64,000 nt of DNA, taken from NCBI GenBank assembly GCA_024654525.1, contig JANLHI010000030.1, positions 80,437 to 144,436 of the forward strand. Reading direction: 5' to 3'. Shown here piece after piece: positions 38,197 to 47,964 of this stretch (within the stretch, counting starts at the first letter, position 1; every line of letters starts with the position of its first letter). This DNA is from Patescibacteria group bacterium. Its GTDB lineage: Bacteria; Patescibacteriota; Minisyncoccia; UBA6257; 2-01-FULL-56-20. A program made the translations under genes and the position numbers. Below the pieces are notes generated by a model. The model made no database searches, was not told the DNA's origin, and saw nothing but the letters and a program-made list of their open reading frames with translations.

Positions 38197-39867
38197 ATGA
38201 TGGGCGCGCAAAAACACTGTCGTATATGCAATACCGGATTTGAAATCGATTCTTCTGATCTTTCCTTTTATGAAAAAATGGGAGTACCTTCTCCGATGCT
38301 TTGTCCGATATGTCGTTTCCGCCGACGTGCCGTATTTCGCAATGAGCGGACCCTGTATAAGCAGGCATGCCGACTTTGTGGGGAATCCGCAATTACGATG
38401 TTTAATCCGAAAGAATCTCATATTGTGTATTGCAATGATTGTTGGTGGTCCGATAAATGGGATGCCCGAGAATATGCGCAAGGGTACGATGAAAGAAAAC
38501 CATTTTTAGAACAATTAAATGAACTTGCAAAAAAAGTCCCGAAAGTGGCGACCTATTCGACTGCCGCACTTGGCCCCAATATCAACAGCGAATATTCGAA
38601 CTTTGCCGGAGGTAATAAGGATTGCTATCTTTGTTTTAACTCGGGACCGCGGAATGAGAATTGCGGATATTCACGGGGAATGATCCAGTGCCGTGACACC
38701 TTTGATGTTTACTTTGCTCAAGAATCGGAACGTCTTTACGAAGGCGTGAATGTTCAAAAGAGTACGGGAATTGCGTGGGGTCAAAATACCCTGGAATGCC
38801 TTGATTCGTGGTTTCTCTTGAACTGTGCAAGTCTTCAGAATTGCTTCGGATGTGTTAATTTAAGGCATAAATCCTTCTATTTTTTAAATGAGCCACTCTC
38901 TAAAGAAGAGTGGACTCGAAAAGTTGGAGAAATTGCGGGAAGCTATCGTAAACTGCAAGAATTCAAAAAAATATTCGAGACGCATGCGAAAGCATTCCCT
39001 CGTCGCGAAAATAGTAATTTAAAATCAGTAGACTGCACGGGGGATTATATTTTTGCATCGAAAAATTGTCGGAACTCTTTTGAAGTGGCGAATGGAGAAG
39101 ATCTTCGGTATGTATTTTCGATAAAATTCGCAAAAGATTGTTATGACATTATGGGACATGGAAGAAATTCGGAACTTCTTCTTGAAGGAGTGGGGGTGGG
39201 AGTTTGTCAGCGAATAATTACCGGATGGTTTGTCGAAAATTCACATGACGTAGAGTATTGCCTTGCGGTAAGAGGCAGTGAAGATTGTTTTGGATGTGTG
39301 GGACTGAAAAATGGAAAGTATTCTATTTTAAATAAGCAATATATCGAAGAAGAATATAAGGAATTGCGGAACAAAATTATTGAAGAATTGAAGAAAGAAG
39401 GGGAGTATGGGCACTTTTTCCCGCCTTCTATGGCTTTTTTTGCCTATAACGAAACTGTTGGTCAAGACAATCTTCCTCTTTCAAAGGAAGATGCAATAAT
39501 GCATGGATTTCGTTGGGAAGAGGACATCCCCACGATGAAAGGACGGGAGACTATGAAGTCAGAACAGATTCCCGATCATATTAACGATGTACCGGATTCA
39601 ATACTGCATGAAATCCTTGCATGTATTTCATGTGGAAGAAATTACCGTCTTATAAAGCCGGAGTTGGAAGTATACCGGCATGCATTGATTCCGATTCCAC
39701 GCGAATGTTTCAATTGTAGGCATCTTGACAGACTTCGCCGAAGAGGATTGTTTGCGCTTTTCAACAGAGAGTGCGCGAAGTGCACAAAAAATATTACAAC
39801 AAATTATTCTCCCGACCGTCCGGAGACGGTGTATTGCGAGGGTTGTTATCAAAGTGAAGTAGTTTAA
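38197..39867 (+). CDS. Cys-rich multi-zinc-ribbon protein (paralog 2; 556 aa)
   Basis: Same architecture and many identical blocks as 34477..36180 (LCPICRFRRRAVFRNERTLYK, NCFGCVNLRHK, ILNKQYIEEEYKEL, YGHFFPPS, NYRLIKPELEVYRHALIPIPRECFNCRH). Confidence 0.6.
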   Translation: MMGAQKHCRICNTGFEIDSSDLSFYEKMGVPSPMLCPICRFRRRAVFRNERTLYKQACRLCGESAITMFNPKESHIVYCNDCWWSDKWDAREYAQGYDERKPFLEQLNELAKKVPKVATYSTAALGPNINSEYSNFAGGNKDCYLCFNSGPRNENCGYSRGMIQCRDTFDVYFAQESERLYEGVNVQKSTGIAWGQNTLECLDSWFLLNCASLQNCFGCVNLRHKSFYFLNEPLSKEEWTRKVGEIAGSYRKLQEFKKIFETHAKAFPRRENSNLKSVDCTGDYIFASKNCRNSFEVANGEDLRYVFSIKFAKDCYDIMGHGRNSELLLEGVGVGVCQRIITGWFVENSHDVEYCLAVRGSEDCFGCVGLKNGKYSILNKQYIEEEYKELRNKIIEELKKEGEYGHFFPPSMAFFAYNETVGQDNLPLSKEDAIMHGFRWEEDIPTMKGRETMKSEQIPDHINDVPDSILHEILACISCGRNYRLIKPELEVYRHALIPIPRECFNCRHLDRLRRRGLFALFNRECAKCTKNITTNYSPDRPETVYCEGCYQSEVV

Positions 39868-40027
39868 AGAAACAAGCCGAAGTTCCGAGTATGTCGAGGG
39901 ATGAAAATTGCTACCAAAACGAAGTTATCTAATCGTTATTGCGTGCTACAATAATTAAAGAAGAAAAAGTATCTAATGATAAAAGCATTGTCGCAGGCAC
40001 CGCATTATTACGAAATATGATTTAATC

Positions 40028-41161
40028 ATGAAAAAAATTCGTGTGGTACTCACTGGTGGGGGAAGCGGGGGACATACTATCCCTCTTCTTGCAGTGGCGG
40101 AGGAATTACAGAAAATAGCAACGGAAAAAAAACTTGAGCTTCATGTAAATTATCTCGGACCCTACGATGCGTTTACCGAGCTTGTTCGCGCAAGCGGAAT
40201 CAAGACAAGTAGAATTGCCGCCGCAAAACTCAGAAGCTACTCCATTTTTCAAAATATTCTCGACATACCGAAATTCTTTGTGGGTATCATCCAAGCATTC
40301 TGGAGTTTGTTTTGGATTATGCCGAACGTTATTTTTTCAAAGGGGGGACCGGGTGCATTTCCGGTAGTTCTCGCAGGATGGTTTTACCGTATCCCGATAC
40401 TCATCCATGATTCGGATGCTATTCCGGGTGTTACCAATATTCTTTCTTCGCGTTTTGCAAATCGTGTCGCGCTAGGGTTTGATCGTGCAAAGAACTATTT
40501 TGACGAAAAGAAGACTGCGGTTACGGGGAATCCAATACGTCCATGGATGATTGTCGATGTTCCGGATCAACGTAATGCAAAGCAGTCTCTCGGCTTCAAA
40601 CCGGAACTTCCACTCACGCTTATATTAGGGGGGTCTCAGGGATCCCGACGTATCAATGAATTTATTGTGACTCATCTCGCGCTCATAACCGAGGAAACTC
40701 AAATTTTACACCAAACGGGGGCGGGGAATGTCGCGGAAATTGAAACTCTTTCAAAAGCGGCGTTAGGAGAAGCATCATATCAGTCGACATACCGACTTGT
40801 GCCATATCTTGATAAAGATTTGAAATCCGCGCTTGCTGCCGCGGATTGCATTGTGATGCGTGCCGGTGCAAGTTCCATCAATGAGGCCGCGGCATTTGGA
40901 AAACCGGCGATTCTTATACCGCTTCCGGAGTCGGCACATGATCATCAGCGAGCAAATGCACTCGCATTTGAAAGAGCCGGGGGCGCTGTGATTCTTGAAG
41001 AAGAAAATCTTTTTATAGGCATATTCCTATCGGCGCTCAAAAAAATTTTACAAGATCACGATCACTACGAAAAAATGGCGCAATCCGCACGTTCATTTTT
41101 CAAGCAAGGAGCGGCTGAAACTCTCGCAAGGGAAGTCTTTTTACTTGCAGGAATTCTCTAA
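40028..41161 (+). CDS. murG: UDP-N-acetylglucosamine--N-acetylmuramyl-(pentapeptide) pyrophosphoryl-undecaprenol N-acetylglucosamine transferase MurG
   Basis: 377 aa; N-terminal TGGGSGGHTIPLLAVAEEL and the C-terminal GT28 domain. Confidence 0.85.
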   Translation: MKKIRVVLTGGGSGGHTIPLLAVAEELQKIATEKKLELHVNYLGPYDAFTELVRASGIKTSRIAAAKLRSYSIFQNILDIPKFFVGIIQAFWSLFWIMPNVIFSKGGPGAFPVVLAGWFYRIPILIHDSDAIPGVTNILSSRFANRVALGFDRAKNYFDEKKTAVTGNPIRPWMIVDVPDQRNAKQSLGFKPELPLTLILGGSQGSRRINEFIVTHLALITEETQILHQTGAGNVAEIETLSKAALGEASYQSTYRLVPYLDKDLKSALAAADCIVMRAGASSINEAAAFGKPAILIPLPESAHDHQRANALAFERAGGAVILEEENLFIGIFLSALKKILQDHDHYEKMAQSARSFFKQGAAETLAREVFLLAGIL

Positions 41162-41208
41162 TCAAGGAAGCGTGGAAGCCTTTTAGAACCTGTGCTAGAA
41201 TTGAGTCT

Positions 41209-42693
41209 ATGAGTAGCGCAATACTGGAAAAAGGCGTGCGCGTTCGTTTTGCCCCAAGTCCTACCGGGCATTGGCACGTAGGAGGTGTCCGAACTGCTTT
41301 GTTTAACTGGCTTTTTGCCCGTTCTCAAGGGGGTTCATTTATTCTTCGTGTAGAAGATACCGATAGAGAGCGCTCAAGTAAGGAGTATGAAATTGAGATG
41401 ATTGAGATGATGCGATGGCTCGGTTTTGATTGGGATGAAGGACCTGATGGTGAATGGGTAGAAGGAAAATGGCAAGAGAGCTCACGAGGAGAATATGGTC
41501 CTTATCATCAAAATCAACGTACCGAAGCTTATAAAAAAAAATTAGAGGGTCTTATTGAGAATGGGAAGGCTTATTATTGTTATTGCGCGAAGGAGGATCT
41601 TGATGCAGAACGTCAGATGCTTCTTTCCCAAGGACTTCCTCCTAAATACGGGGGGCATTGTCGCGCGCTTCATTCGGCACCCCAGGGGAAAACTGCACAA
41701 GTCATACGCTTTAAAACTCCGGAAATTGAGATTGAGTTTAATGATCTTATTCGGGGTAGAGTTAAATTTAATGCGGAATTATTCGGTGATTTTGTAATCG
41801 CAAAAAGAGTGGGCGATCCTTTGTATAATTTTGCGGTAGTAGTGGACGATGATGCGATGCATATCAGTCATGTCATTCGAGGAGAGGAACATCTTTCGAA
41901 TACACCAAAGCAAATCCTCATACAACGTGCATTGAATCTCAAGGAACCGATATATGCGCATCTTCCTCTTATTCTCGCAAAGGATAGAAGCAAGCTTTCA
42001 AAAAGATATGCGGAAACGTCGCTTCTCGAATATCGAGAGAAGGGATTTCTTCCTGATGCGCTTCTCAACTTTCTCGCGCTTCTTGGGTGGCATCCCGCCG
42101 GAGATCGGGAAATATTTTCAATTAAAGATTTGGTAAAAGAATTTGATTTTTCACGTATTCAAAAATCGGGAGCGATTTTTGATGAGGAAAAATTACTATG
42201 GCTGAATCGAGAACATATCAGAGGTCTTCCCGAGGAGGAACTTATAGAAAAAATTTCTCCTTTTTTGGTGAGAAAAAATTTAAATCCAGACAGAGAAAGG
42301 TTACGTGCCTTTGTTGCGCTTGAAAAGAACCGCATTAAAACACTCGCCGAATTCGTCGATAATGCTTGGTTTTTCTTTGTACTTCCTGAATATTCTCCAA
42401 GTCTTCTTGTATGGAAAAATTCATCGGTGCAAGAGACAAAAGAAACGCTTCAAAAAATTTTAGAGAGTTTTGAGGGGCTGCATAACGACTTGTTTAATAG
42501 AGAGGATATTCTAAACATGTTACAGCCGATTATAGATGAAAATGGGAAAGGAAATGTCTTATGGCCTTTGCGCGTCGCTCTTTCCGGACAAGAAACATCG
42601 CCGGACCCGTTGGATATCGCGGAGGCGCTTGGTGCATTTGAAACAAGGCATCGCGTCGCCGAAGCGATTAAGAAAATAATTACGCTTACATGA
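41209..42693 (+). CDS. gltX: glutamate--tRNA ligase
   Basis: RFAPSPTGHWHVGGVRTALFNW (HIGH-type motif) and KLSKRYA (KMSKS). Confidence 0.9.
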   Translation: MSSAILEKGVRVRFAPSPTGHWHVGGVRTALFNWLFARSQGGSFILRVEDTDRERSSKEYEIEMIEMMRWLGFDWDEGPDGEWVEGKWQESSRGEYGPYHQNQRTEAYKKKLEGLIENGKAYYCYCAKEDLDAERQMLLSQGLPPKYGGHCRALHSAPQGKTAQVIRFKTPEIEIEFNDLIRGRVKFNAELFGDFVIAKRVGDPLYNFAVVVDDDAMHISHVIRGEEHLSNTPKQILIQRALNLKEPIYAHLPLILAKDRSKLSKRYAETSLLEYREKGFLPDALLNFLALLGWHPAGDREIFSIKDLVKEFDFSRIQKSGAIFDEEKLLWLNREHIRGLPEEELIEKISPFLVRKNLNPDRERLRAFVALEKNRIKTLAEFVDNAWFFFVLPEYSPSLLVWKNSSVQETKETLQKILESFEGLHNDLFNREDILNMLQPIIDENGKGNVLWPLRVALSGQETSPDPLDIAEALGAFETRHRVAEAIKKIITLT

Positions 42694-43988
42694 TTCGTAA
42701 AAACACGGTAAAAATTTTTGCGTATATCGGGGTCGTGATACTGCTCTTCGGTATTATCACCATCACGAGAGGGGAGGAAGAAATTCAAGATAAGACAGCC
42801 GCTTCTTCGATGGCACGAGAAGAGTTGGAAGAGAAGATTCAGGAACGTGCCAAAGAGCTTGAAGACTTGCGCCCACGGCTTGAAGAAGCGCAACAACAAC
42901 TGAGCACCACGCAGAATGAGAAGTCTTCCCTTCAACGCGATCTGAACAACATTCAAGGAAATATCAACCAACTGAATTTGAGTTTACGCGCTGACGAGCT
43001 TACTGCTGACAAACTATCGCTTGAAATCAAGTCTTTAGAGCTTGATACGATTGATATTAAATCTTCAATTGAAACAAAGAGAGTGGCGATAGGTCAAATT
43101 TTAAACGAGATCATGCACGCTGACCAAAAAGGACTCGGGCTCCTTGCAACATTCCTCAGAAATAAGAGTCTTGCAGAGGGAGTGTTAGAAGCACAAACGC
43201 TTGCAAATTTTCAAGCGCAACTTGCGATTGATATTACAAATCTTCGTGCACTTAGCGATGATTATGTGAAAATGAAAGAGGATGCGAGTAAAAAGCATTC
43301 GCAGGTGGTATATCATCAGGACAACTTGCAAAACAAAAAAATAATAATTCAGGATCAGAAATCTGAGAGAGAAATTCTTTTGAAAGTAACAAAAAATAAA
43401 GAGAGTGTATATCGAAATCAGCTTTCTGAACTTGAAAGCTTACAAGAGAAAATTGCCGATGAAATCGAGGCGCTTGATGCGGTGTTGCGTACGAAAATCG
43501 ATCCCGCAACTCTTCCACCGATTGTTGCCGGCGTTCTCGAATTTCCCGTAAATGTCGGGAGAAATTTTATTACGCAGGGATATGGCTCTACGGATTTTGC
43601 AAAAGCAACATATCGTGGAAATTGGCATAATGGCATTGACATCGGATCGCCAATTGGCACTCCAATACTCGCCGCAGAAGATGGGGAGGTTGTAGGTATC
43701 GGCGATCAGGATAAATATTGCCCGCGTGCCGCCTATGGAAAATTTCTTGTTATAAAGCATAATAACAACCTCGTCACACTGTATGGGCATATGTCGCGGC
43801 ACGCCGTAAAGAAAGGTGATACGGTAACGCGAGGGCAAGTTATTGGGTATATGGGAAGAACGGGATGGGCAACGGGATCCCATCTTCACTTTGTTGTATT
43901 TGCCGGGCCCACCTACTATATGGGACTTACAAAGTCGTGCGGACCGATGCCTTATGGTGGAGATTTGAATCCACTCGGATATCTCTAA
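42690..43988 (+). CDS. M23 family peptidoglycan DD-metalloendopeptidase with an N-terminal coiled coil (EnvC-like)
   Basis: N-terminal TM helix, about 250 aa of coiled coil, and a C-terminal LytM domain (HNGIDIG...LYGHMS...GSHLHF); ATGA overlap with gltX. Confidence 0.8.
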   Translation: MIRKNTVKIFAYIGVVILLFGIITITRGEEEIQDKTAASSMAREELEEKIQERAKELEDLRPRLEEAQQQLSTTQNEKSSLQRDLNNIQGNINQLNLSLRADELTADKLSLEIKSLELDTIDIKSSIETKRVAIGQILNEIMHADQKGLGLLATFLRNKSLAEGVLEAQTLANFQAQLAIDITNLRALSDDYVKMKEDASKKHSQVVYHQDNLQNKKIIIQDQKSEREILLKVTKNKESVYRNQLSELESLQEKIADEIEALDAVLRTKIDPATLPPIVAGVLEFPVNVGRNFITQGYGSTDFAKATYRGNWHNGIDIGSPIGTPILAAEDGEVVGIGDQDKYCPRAAYGKFLVIKHNNNLVTLYGHMSRHAVKKGDTVTRGQVIGYMGRTGWATGSHLHFVVFAGPTYYMGLTKSCGPMPYGGDLNPLGYL

Positions 43989-43991
43989 ATC

Positions 43992-44390
43992 ATGCGCATA
44001 ATCGACGCAAAAAAACACATCGTGATAGGAGCGGCGCTTTTGGCAAATAGTATATTTTTTACGGGTATTTTTTATACATCGGCAGCACCACCACAAACAA
44101 TTCCGCTGATTGATGGCGGCTCTCTTCAAAAATTGCCGGATCCTATCCGGAATTTTATTCAATCCGGCATTAATTTAAATAACTCCGTCTCGCAGTGGAC
44201 TCCTCCTCTTGCGCTTTCCGGCAGGGGAGAGCGAATTAGCAATGCGGCCCAAGGTATTTTGAGATCTGCGATTTCAGTGGTAATTACCGCTATCAGTTGG
44301 ATTATTGTGGTGGCAACACAGGCAATAATGATTGTGGCGGGAATCACCATACACATCATTCATTGGATTATCGAAGCGGTACGATTGTGA
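43992..44390 (+). CDS. hypothetical small membrane protein
   Basis: 132 aa; an N-terminal and a C-terminal TM helix. Confidence 0.4.
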   Translation: MRIIDAKKHIVIGAALLANSIFFTGIFYTSAAPPQTIPLIDGGSLQKLPDPIRNFIQSGINLNNSVSQWTPPLALSGRGERISNAAQGILRSAISVVITAISWIIVVATQAIMIVAGITIHIIHWIIEAVRL

Positions 44391-44403
44391 TAATTATTGA
44401 TTT

Positions 44404-45081
44404 ATGGAAAAAGAAATTATTTTCGAGAATACGCGTTATGAACGAATTCCTATTCGGACGCACAAAATAAAATTCGGAGAATCGATTATATCGGTACTCG
44501 AAACGTATCTTCCGGCAATTGTTAAGCCGGGAGATTGGCTTGCAATCTCCGAAAAGCTAATCTCGGTTTCTCAGAATAACATCCGACATATTTCCACCGT
44601 ACACGCGGGGATGCTTGCGCGTTTCATTGTGAAGGGAGTTAAAAAATATCCGAACGATGTCGGTTTTTCCCGCCCTGAAAAAATGCAGCTTGTTGTGGAA
44701 TATGCAGGCGTCGTGAGAACTTTTTTTGCGATGAGTATAGGCGCTCTGGGAAAGCTTTTAGGTATAAGGGGAGTCTTTTGGGTGCTTGTCGGATCTCGCG
44801 CGGGAGAAATAGACGGATTTAATCCCGATGCAATGGATCCGTATAAGGACCACGCCGTATTACCTCCGAAAAATCCTGAAAAAGTATGCGCCGACATAGA
44901 ATCTCGGTTCAATATTCCCACAACAATTATCGACGGCAATAATATTAATGTAAAAATAATTTCAATGAGCCCTAAAATGCCGGTCGATAAAAAAAATGCA
45001 CGGCTGTTGTTATTGGATAATCCCATGGGTCAAGACGATGAGATGACACCATTCGTATTGGTAAGGAAGTTACAGGAATAA
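44404..45081 (+). CDS. CofE-like (F420-0:gamma-glutamyl ligase family) domain protein
   Basis: VKPGDWLAISEKLISVSQNNI resembles the CofE/F420-ligase fold motif. Confidence 0.45.
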   Translation: MEKEIIFENTRYERIPIRTHKIKFGESIISVLETYLPAIVKPGDWLAISEKLISVSQNNIRHISTVHAGMLARFIVKGVKKYPNDVGFSRPEKMQLVVEYAGVVRTFFAMSIGALGKLLGIRGVFWVLVGSRAGEIDGFNPDAMDPYKDHAVLPPKNPEKVCADIESRFNIPTTIIDGNNINVKIISMSPKMPVDKKNARLLLLDNPMGQDDEMTPFVLVRKLQE

Positions 45082-45177
45082 GTGCCTACCTACCTGCGCG
45101 AATATATGTACTGTCGTGAAATCTACCTTGTGCGACAGATAGAATTATAAAATAACCCCGGTAAACACTACCTCCCC

Positions 45178-45735
45178 ATGCTTCCCCTAGGACATATTGC
45201 GACAGGATACCTTGTCGGACGCATCGTATCTTTTTATGCGAACGCTCCTTCGGAATATGCGGATTTATTTGTCTTTGGCGGAATTATTGCCGGTACAATA
45301 CCCGATATCGATTTTATTCCTTTTTTTATCAAACATCGAGCTCTGAAGCTTGTCCGAGGTTCTTCTCATCGGAATTATATTACTCATACGCCTGTGTTAT
45401 GGTTCATCCTTGGGCTATGTATCTATTTCTTGAATTATGACAGTCCTGTGCGTTATTTCGGTATTATTCTTTGGTTAGGAACATGGAGTCATTTTCTCGG
45501 TGATTCTCTCGAGTATGGGATTCGCTGGCTGTGGCCTTTTACTAATACATACTATTCCGTTTACCCCAACCCTTCTGCGCCGAAATTAAGCGAAATTGCG
45601 GCTTCCATTCATAGTCCCGAGGGCAGTATCCCCTTTTATTTTGAGTATTTACGCGTGGTATATTTCAAGAGTCGCGTATGTTGGCTTGAATGTTCCGTAA
45701 TAATAATCGCTCTATTTTTCTTTTTTTATATATGA
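45178..45735 (+). CDS. membrane-bound metal-dependent hydrolase (DUF457/YdjM-like)
   Basis: 185 aa; GHIATGYL...PDID...NYITHTPV and the WSHFLGDSLEYGIRW pattern typical of DUF457. Confidence 0.45.
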   Translation: MLPLGHIATGYLVGRIVSFYANAPSEYADLFVFGGIIAGTIPDIDFIPFFIKHRALKLVRGSSHRNYITHTPVLWFILGLCIYFLNYDSPVRYFGIILWLGTWSHFLGDSLEYGIRWLWPFTNTYYSVYPNPSAPKLSEIAASIHSPEGSIPFYFEYLRVVYFKSRVCWLECSVIIIALFFFFYI

Positions 45736-47144
45736 AAGAGCGTGTCCATCTTATTGGCATAGGAGGAATCGGTATGAGCGCGTTGGCACGTTGGTTTTGC
45801 GCTCATAGCTGGCAAGTTTCCGGATCGGATATTACCGCAACCGATATTACCAACACACTCCGTGATGAAGGTATAAAAGTTTTAATAGGGTGCTCTTCAA
45901 AAAACATATCCGCGGCAGTCTCACTCGTAATCACGAGTCAGGCGATATCTTCTTCTAATCCCGAGGTAATAGCCGCATCAAAGTTCAAAATCCCCGTCCT
46001 TAGCTATCCTGAGATGCTCGGAGCTATCACTCGTGCGAGTACTACAATCGCAATAGCGGGATCGCATGGTAAGAGTACCACTACCGCGCTCACATCCCTT
46101 ATCTTTATGTATGCAAAAAGAAATCCTACGGTTATCGTAGGGACATTACTAAAGGAGTTTGGAAATTTAAACTTTCATGCAGGATCCGAGCAACTACTCA
46201 TCATGGAAGCCGATGAGTACGGAAAAGCATTTTTTCATTATTCTCCGACTATTGTGGCGGTTACTAACATAGACCGGGAACACCTTGATATTTACCCCAC
46301 AATGCAAAGTGCTCAACGCGCATTCCTTACCTTTCTTTCCCACACCAAACCCGGCGGTACATTGGTACTCAATCGCGACAATCCTCCGCTCTACACCCTT
46401 TCCCACGCTATTCAAAAATTGTCAAAAAAAAATAATCTCACGTTATATTGGTATTCGCTTCATGATGCGATAGCAAAAGAGGTGAGAAAACATATGACTG
46501 TTGTTGGAGAGCATAATATCTCAAACGCTCTTGCGGCTTTCGTGATTGCTACGCGCGTCGCCGGAATTTCCAAAAAAGATGCGCTCCGCGCACTTTCGCT
46601 ATACCAAGGGACGTGGCGCAGAATGGAATACCGAGGAGATTTGAACATGGGACATGGAATAGGGAACAGAAAGGTATTAAAAAATCGTGTCCCAAATTCC
46701 CAATTCCCGATTCGGGTATTTGATGACTATGCCCACCATCCCACTGAAATCAAAGCGACTCTTGATGCATTTCGCGCGCAATACCCAAACTCCCCTCTTG
46801 TCTGTGTATTTCAACCGCATCAAACATTGCGTCTTCGTAAACTTTTCAAAGAATTTATCGCGGCAGTTTCAGGTGCGGACGCACTCGTGCTTCTTCCTGC
46901 ATATCAAGTTTCCGGCAGAGACAAAAACGATCTGCGTTTTACCTCAAAGACTCTTGCGGTCGCAATCCAAGAACAACATCCCGACATGCCGGTGACGTAT
47001 GTTTCTCATCGAAAAAGAATTAAACAGGCAATACTCTCGATTATGCATCTATTACCGCCCGCTACTTCGCATAAAGATTCACCCACCGTTGTCATGATGG
47101 GTGCCGGAGATATAGTGAATTGCACCAAAACATTACTCATATAA
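45732..47144 (+). CDS. murC: UDP-N-acetylmuramate--L-alanine ligase MurC
   Basis: VHLIGIGGIGMSALA, IAGSHGKSTTT and the Mur ligase domains; the start was set at the internal ATG (ATGA overlap with the upstream gene). Confidence 0.85.
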   Translation: MKERVHLIGIGGIGMSALARWFCAHSWQVSGSDITATDITNTLRDEGIKVLIGCSSKNISAAVSLVITSQAISSSNPEVIAASKFKIPVLSYPEMLGAITRASTTIAIAGSHGKSTTTALTSLIFMYAKRNPTVIVGTLLKEFGNLNFHAGSEQLLIMEADEYGKAFFHYSPTIVAVTNIDREHLDIYPTMQSAQRAFLTFLSHTKPGGTLVLNRDNPPLYTLSHAIQKLSKKNNLTLYWYSLHDAIAKEVRKHMTVVGEHNISNALAAFVIATRVAGISKKDALRALSLYQGTWRRMEYRGDLNMGHGIGNRKVLKNRVPNSQFPIRVFDDYAHHPTEIKATLDAFRAQYPNSPLVCVFQPHQTLRLRKLFKEFIAAVSGADALVLLPAYQVSGRDKNDLRFTSKTLAVAIQEQHPDMPVTYVSHRKRIKQAILSIMHLLPPATSHKDSPTVVMMGAGDIVNCTKTLLI

Positions 47145-47168
47145 TCGCGTATACTACGCAAATATACA

Positions 47169-47957
47169 ATGTCGGATTACTATAGAAACGAGGGAGAATT
47201 TAAAGAAGCATGTGGTTATACAATTGATGGAAAATGGTTTCCACGCGTCACAAAGATTGTATCAATTAAAGCGAAGCCGGCATTGCTTCGCTTCTACGCG
47301 GAAGCGGAAAGTTTTGATGCCGCGCAAAGTATTACGCAAAAATCGGCGGAAGAAGGTACGCTGATTCATGAAGCGGTGGAGAATATTTTTCTTGGGAAAA
47401 GCCAAGAAATTCCGGAGTCTATTCGTCCCGCGGTAAATTCCTTTCTTGAGTTCTTAGATACGAAAAGCATCCGTGTTGCGCCTGATTTGGTAGAAAGACG
47501 CGTGGTGCATTATGGACACCGCTACGCCGGCACCGTGGATGCGCTTGCGCTTATTGATGGGAAGTTTGGAGTATTGGATATTAAAACTTCACAAGACATC
47601 TATCGTGATTATAATCTTCAGACTTCCGCCTATATGGATGCCCTTAAAGATACTTTTCCCAATCTCTCTACTCGATGGATATTGAGAATTGACCAAATTC
47701 AGACTTGCATAGTGTGCGATGCGATCCGACGCCTTAAGGGTGGGCGTGAAAAAATACGAATGCCAAAAGGCGCCAACGGCTTTACCATTCGCAAAGCGGG
47801 AATTCCGGAACACGCGCACGAGTGGTCCCCTCTTAAGGGAGTAATTGAACTCAAAGAATTTCCTTATTGGAAGAATGATTTTGAAGCATTTCTTGGTGCG
47901 AAACGCCTCTGGGAATGGGAAAATGAGTTGTGGCTGAAAAGGATACAGTATTCTTAA
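47169..47957 (+). CDS. PD-(D/E)xK nuclease superfamily protein (RecB/Cas4-like fold)
   Basis: YAGTVDALALIDGKFGVLDIKTS supplies the D...(D/E)xK catalytic motif; a CxxC cluster lies downstream. Confidence 0.5.
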   Translation: MSDYYRNEGEFKEACGYTIDGKWFPRVTKIVSIKAKPALLRFYAEAESFDAAQSITQKSAEEGTLIHEAVENIFLGKSQEIPESIRPAVNSFLEFLDTKSIRVAPDLVERRVVHYGHRYAGTVDALALIDGKFGVLDIKTSQDIYRDYNLQTSAYMDALKDTFPNLSTRWILRIDQIQTCIVCDAIRRLKGGREKIRMPKGANGFTIRKAGIPEHAHEWSPLKGVIELKEFPYWKNDFEAFLGAKRLWEWENELWLKRIQYS

Positions 47958-47964
47958 GAAAGGT

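Noticed and set aside
43440-44162. 240-aa minus-strand ORF over the M23 peptidase 3' end and the downstream small membrane gene
   Set aside because: Antisense to two plus-strand genes with clear domain signatures; Cys/Arg-rich nonsense-like product.
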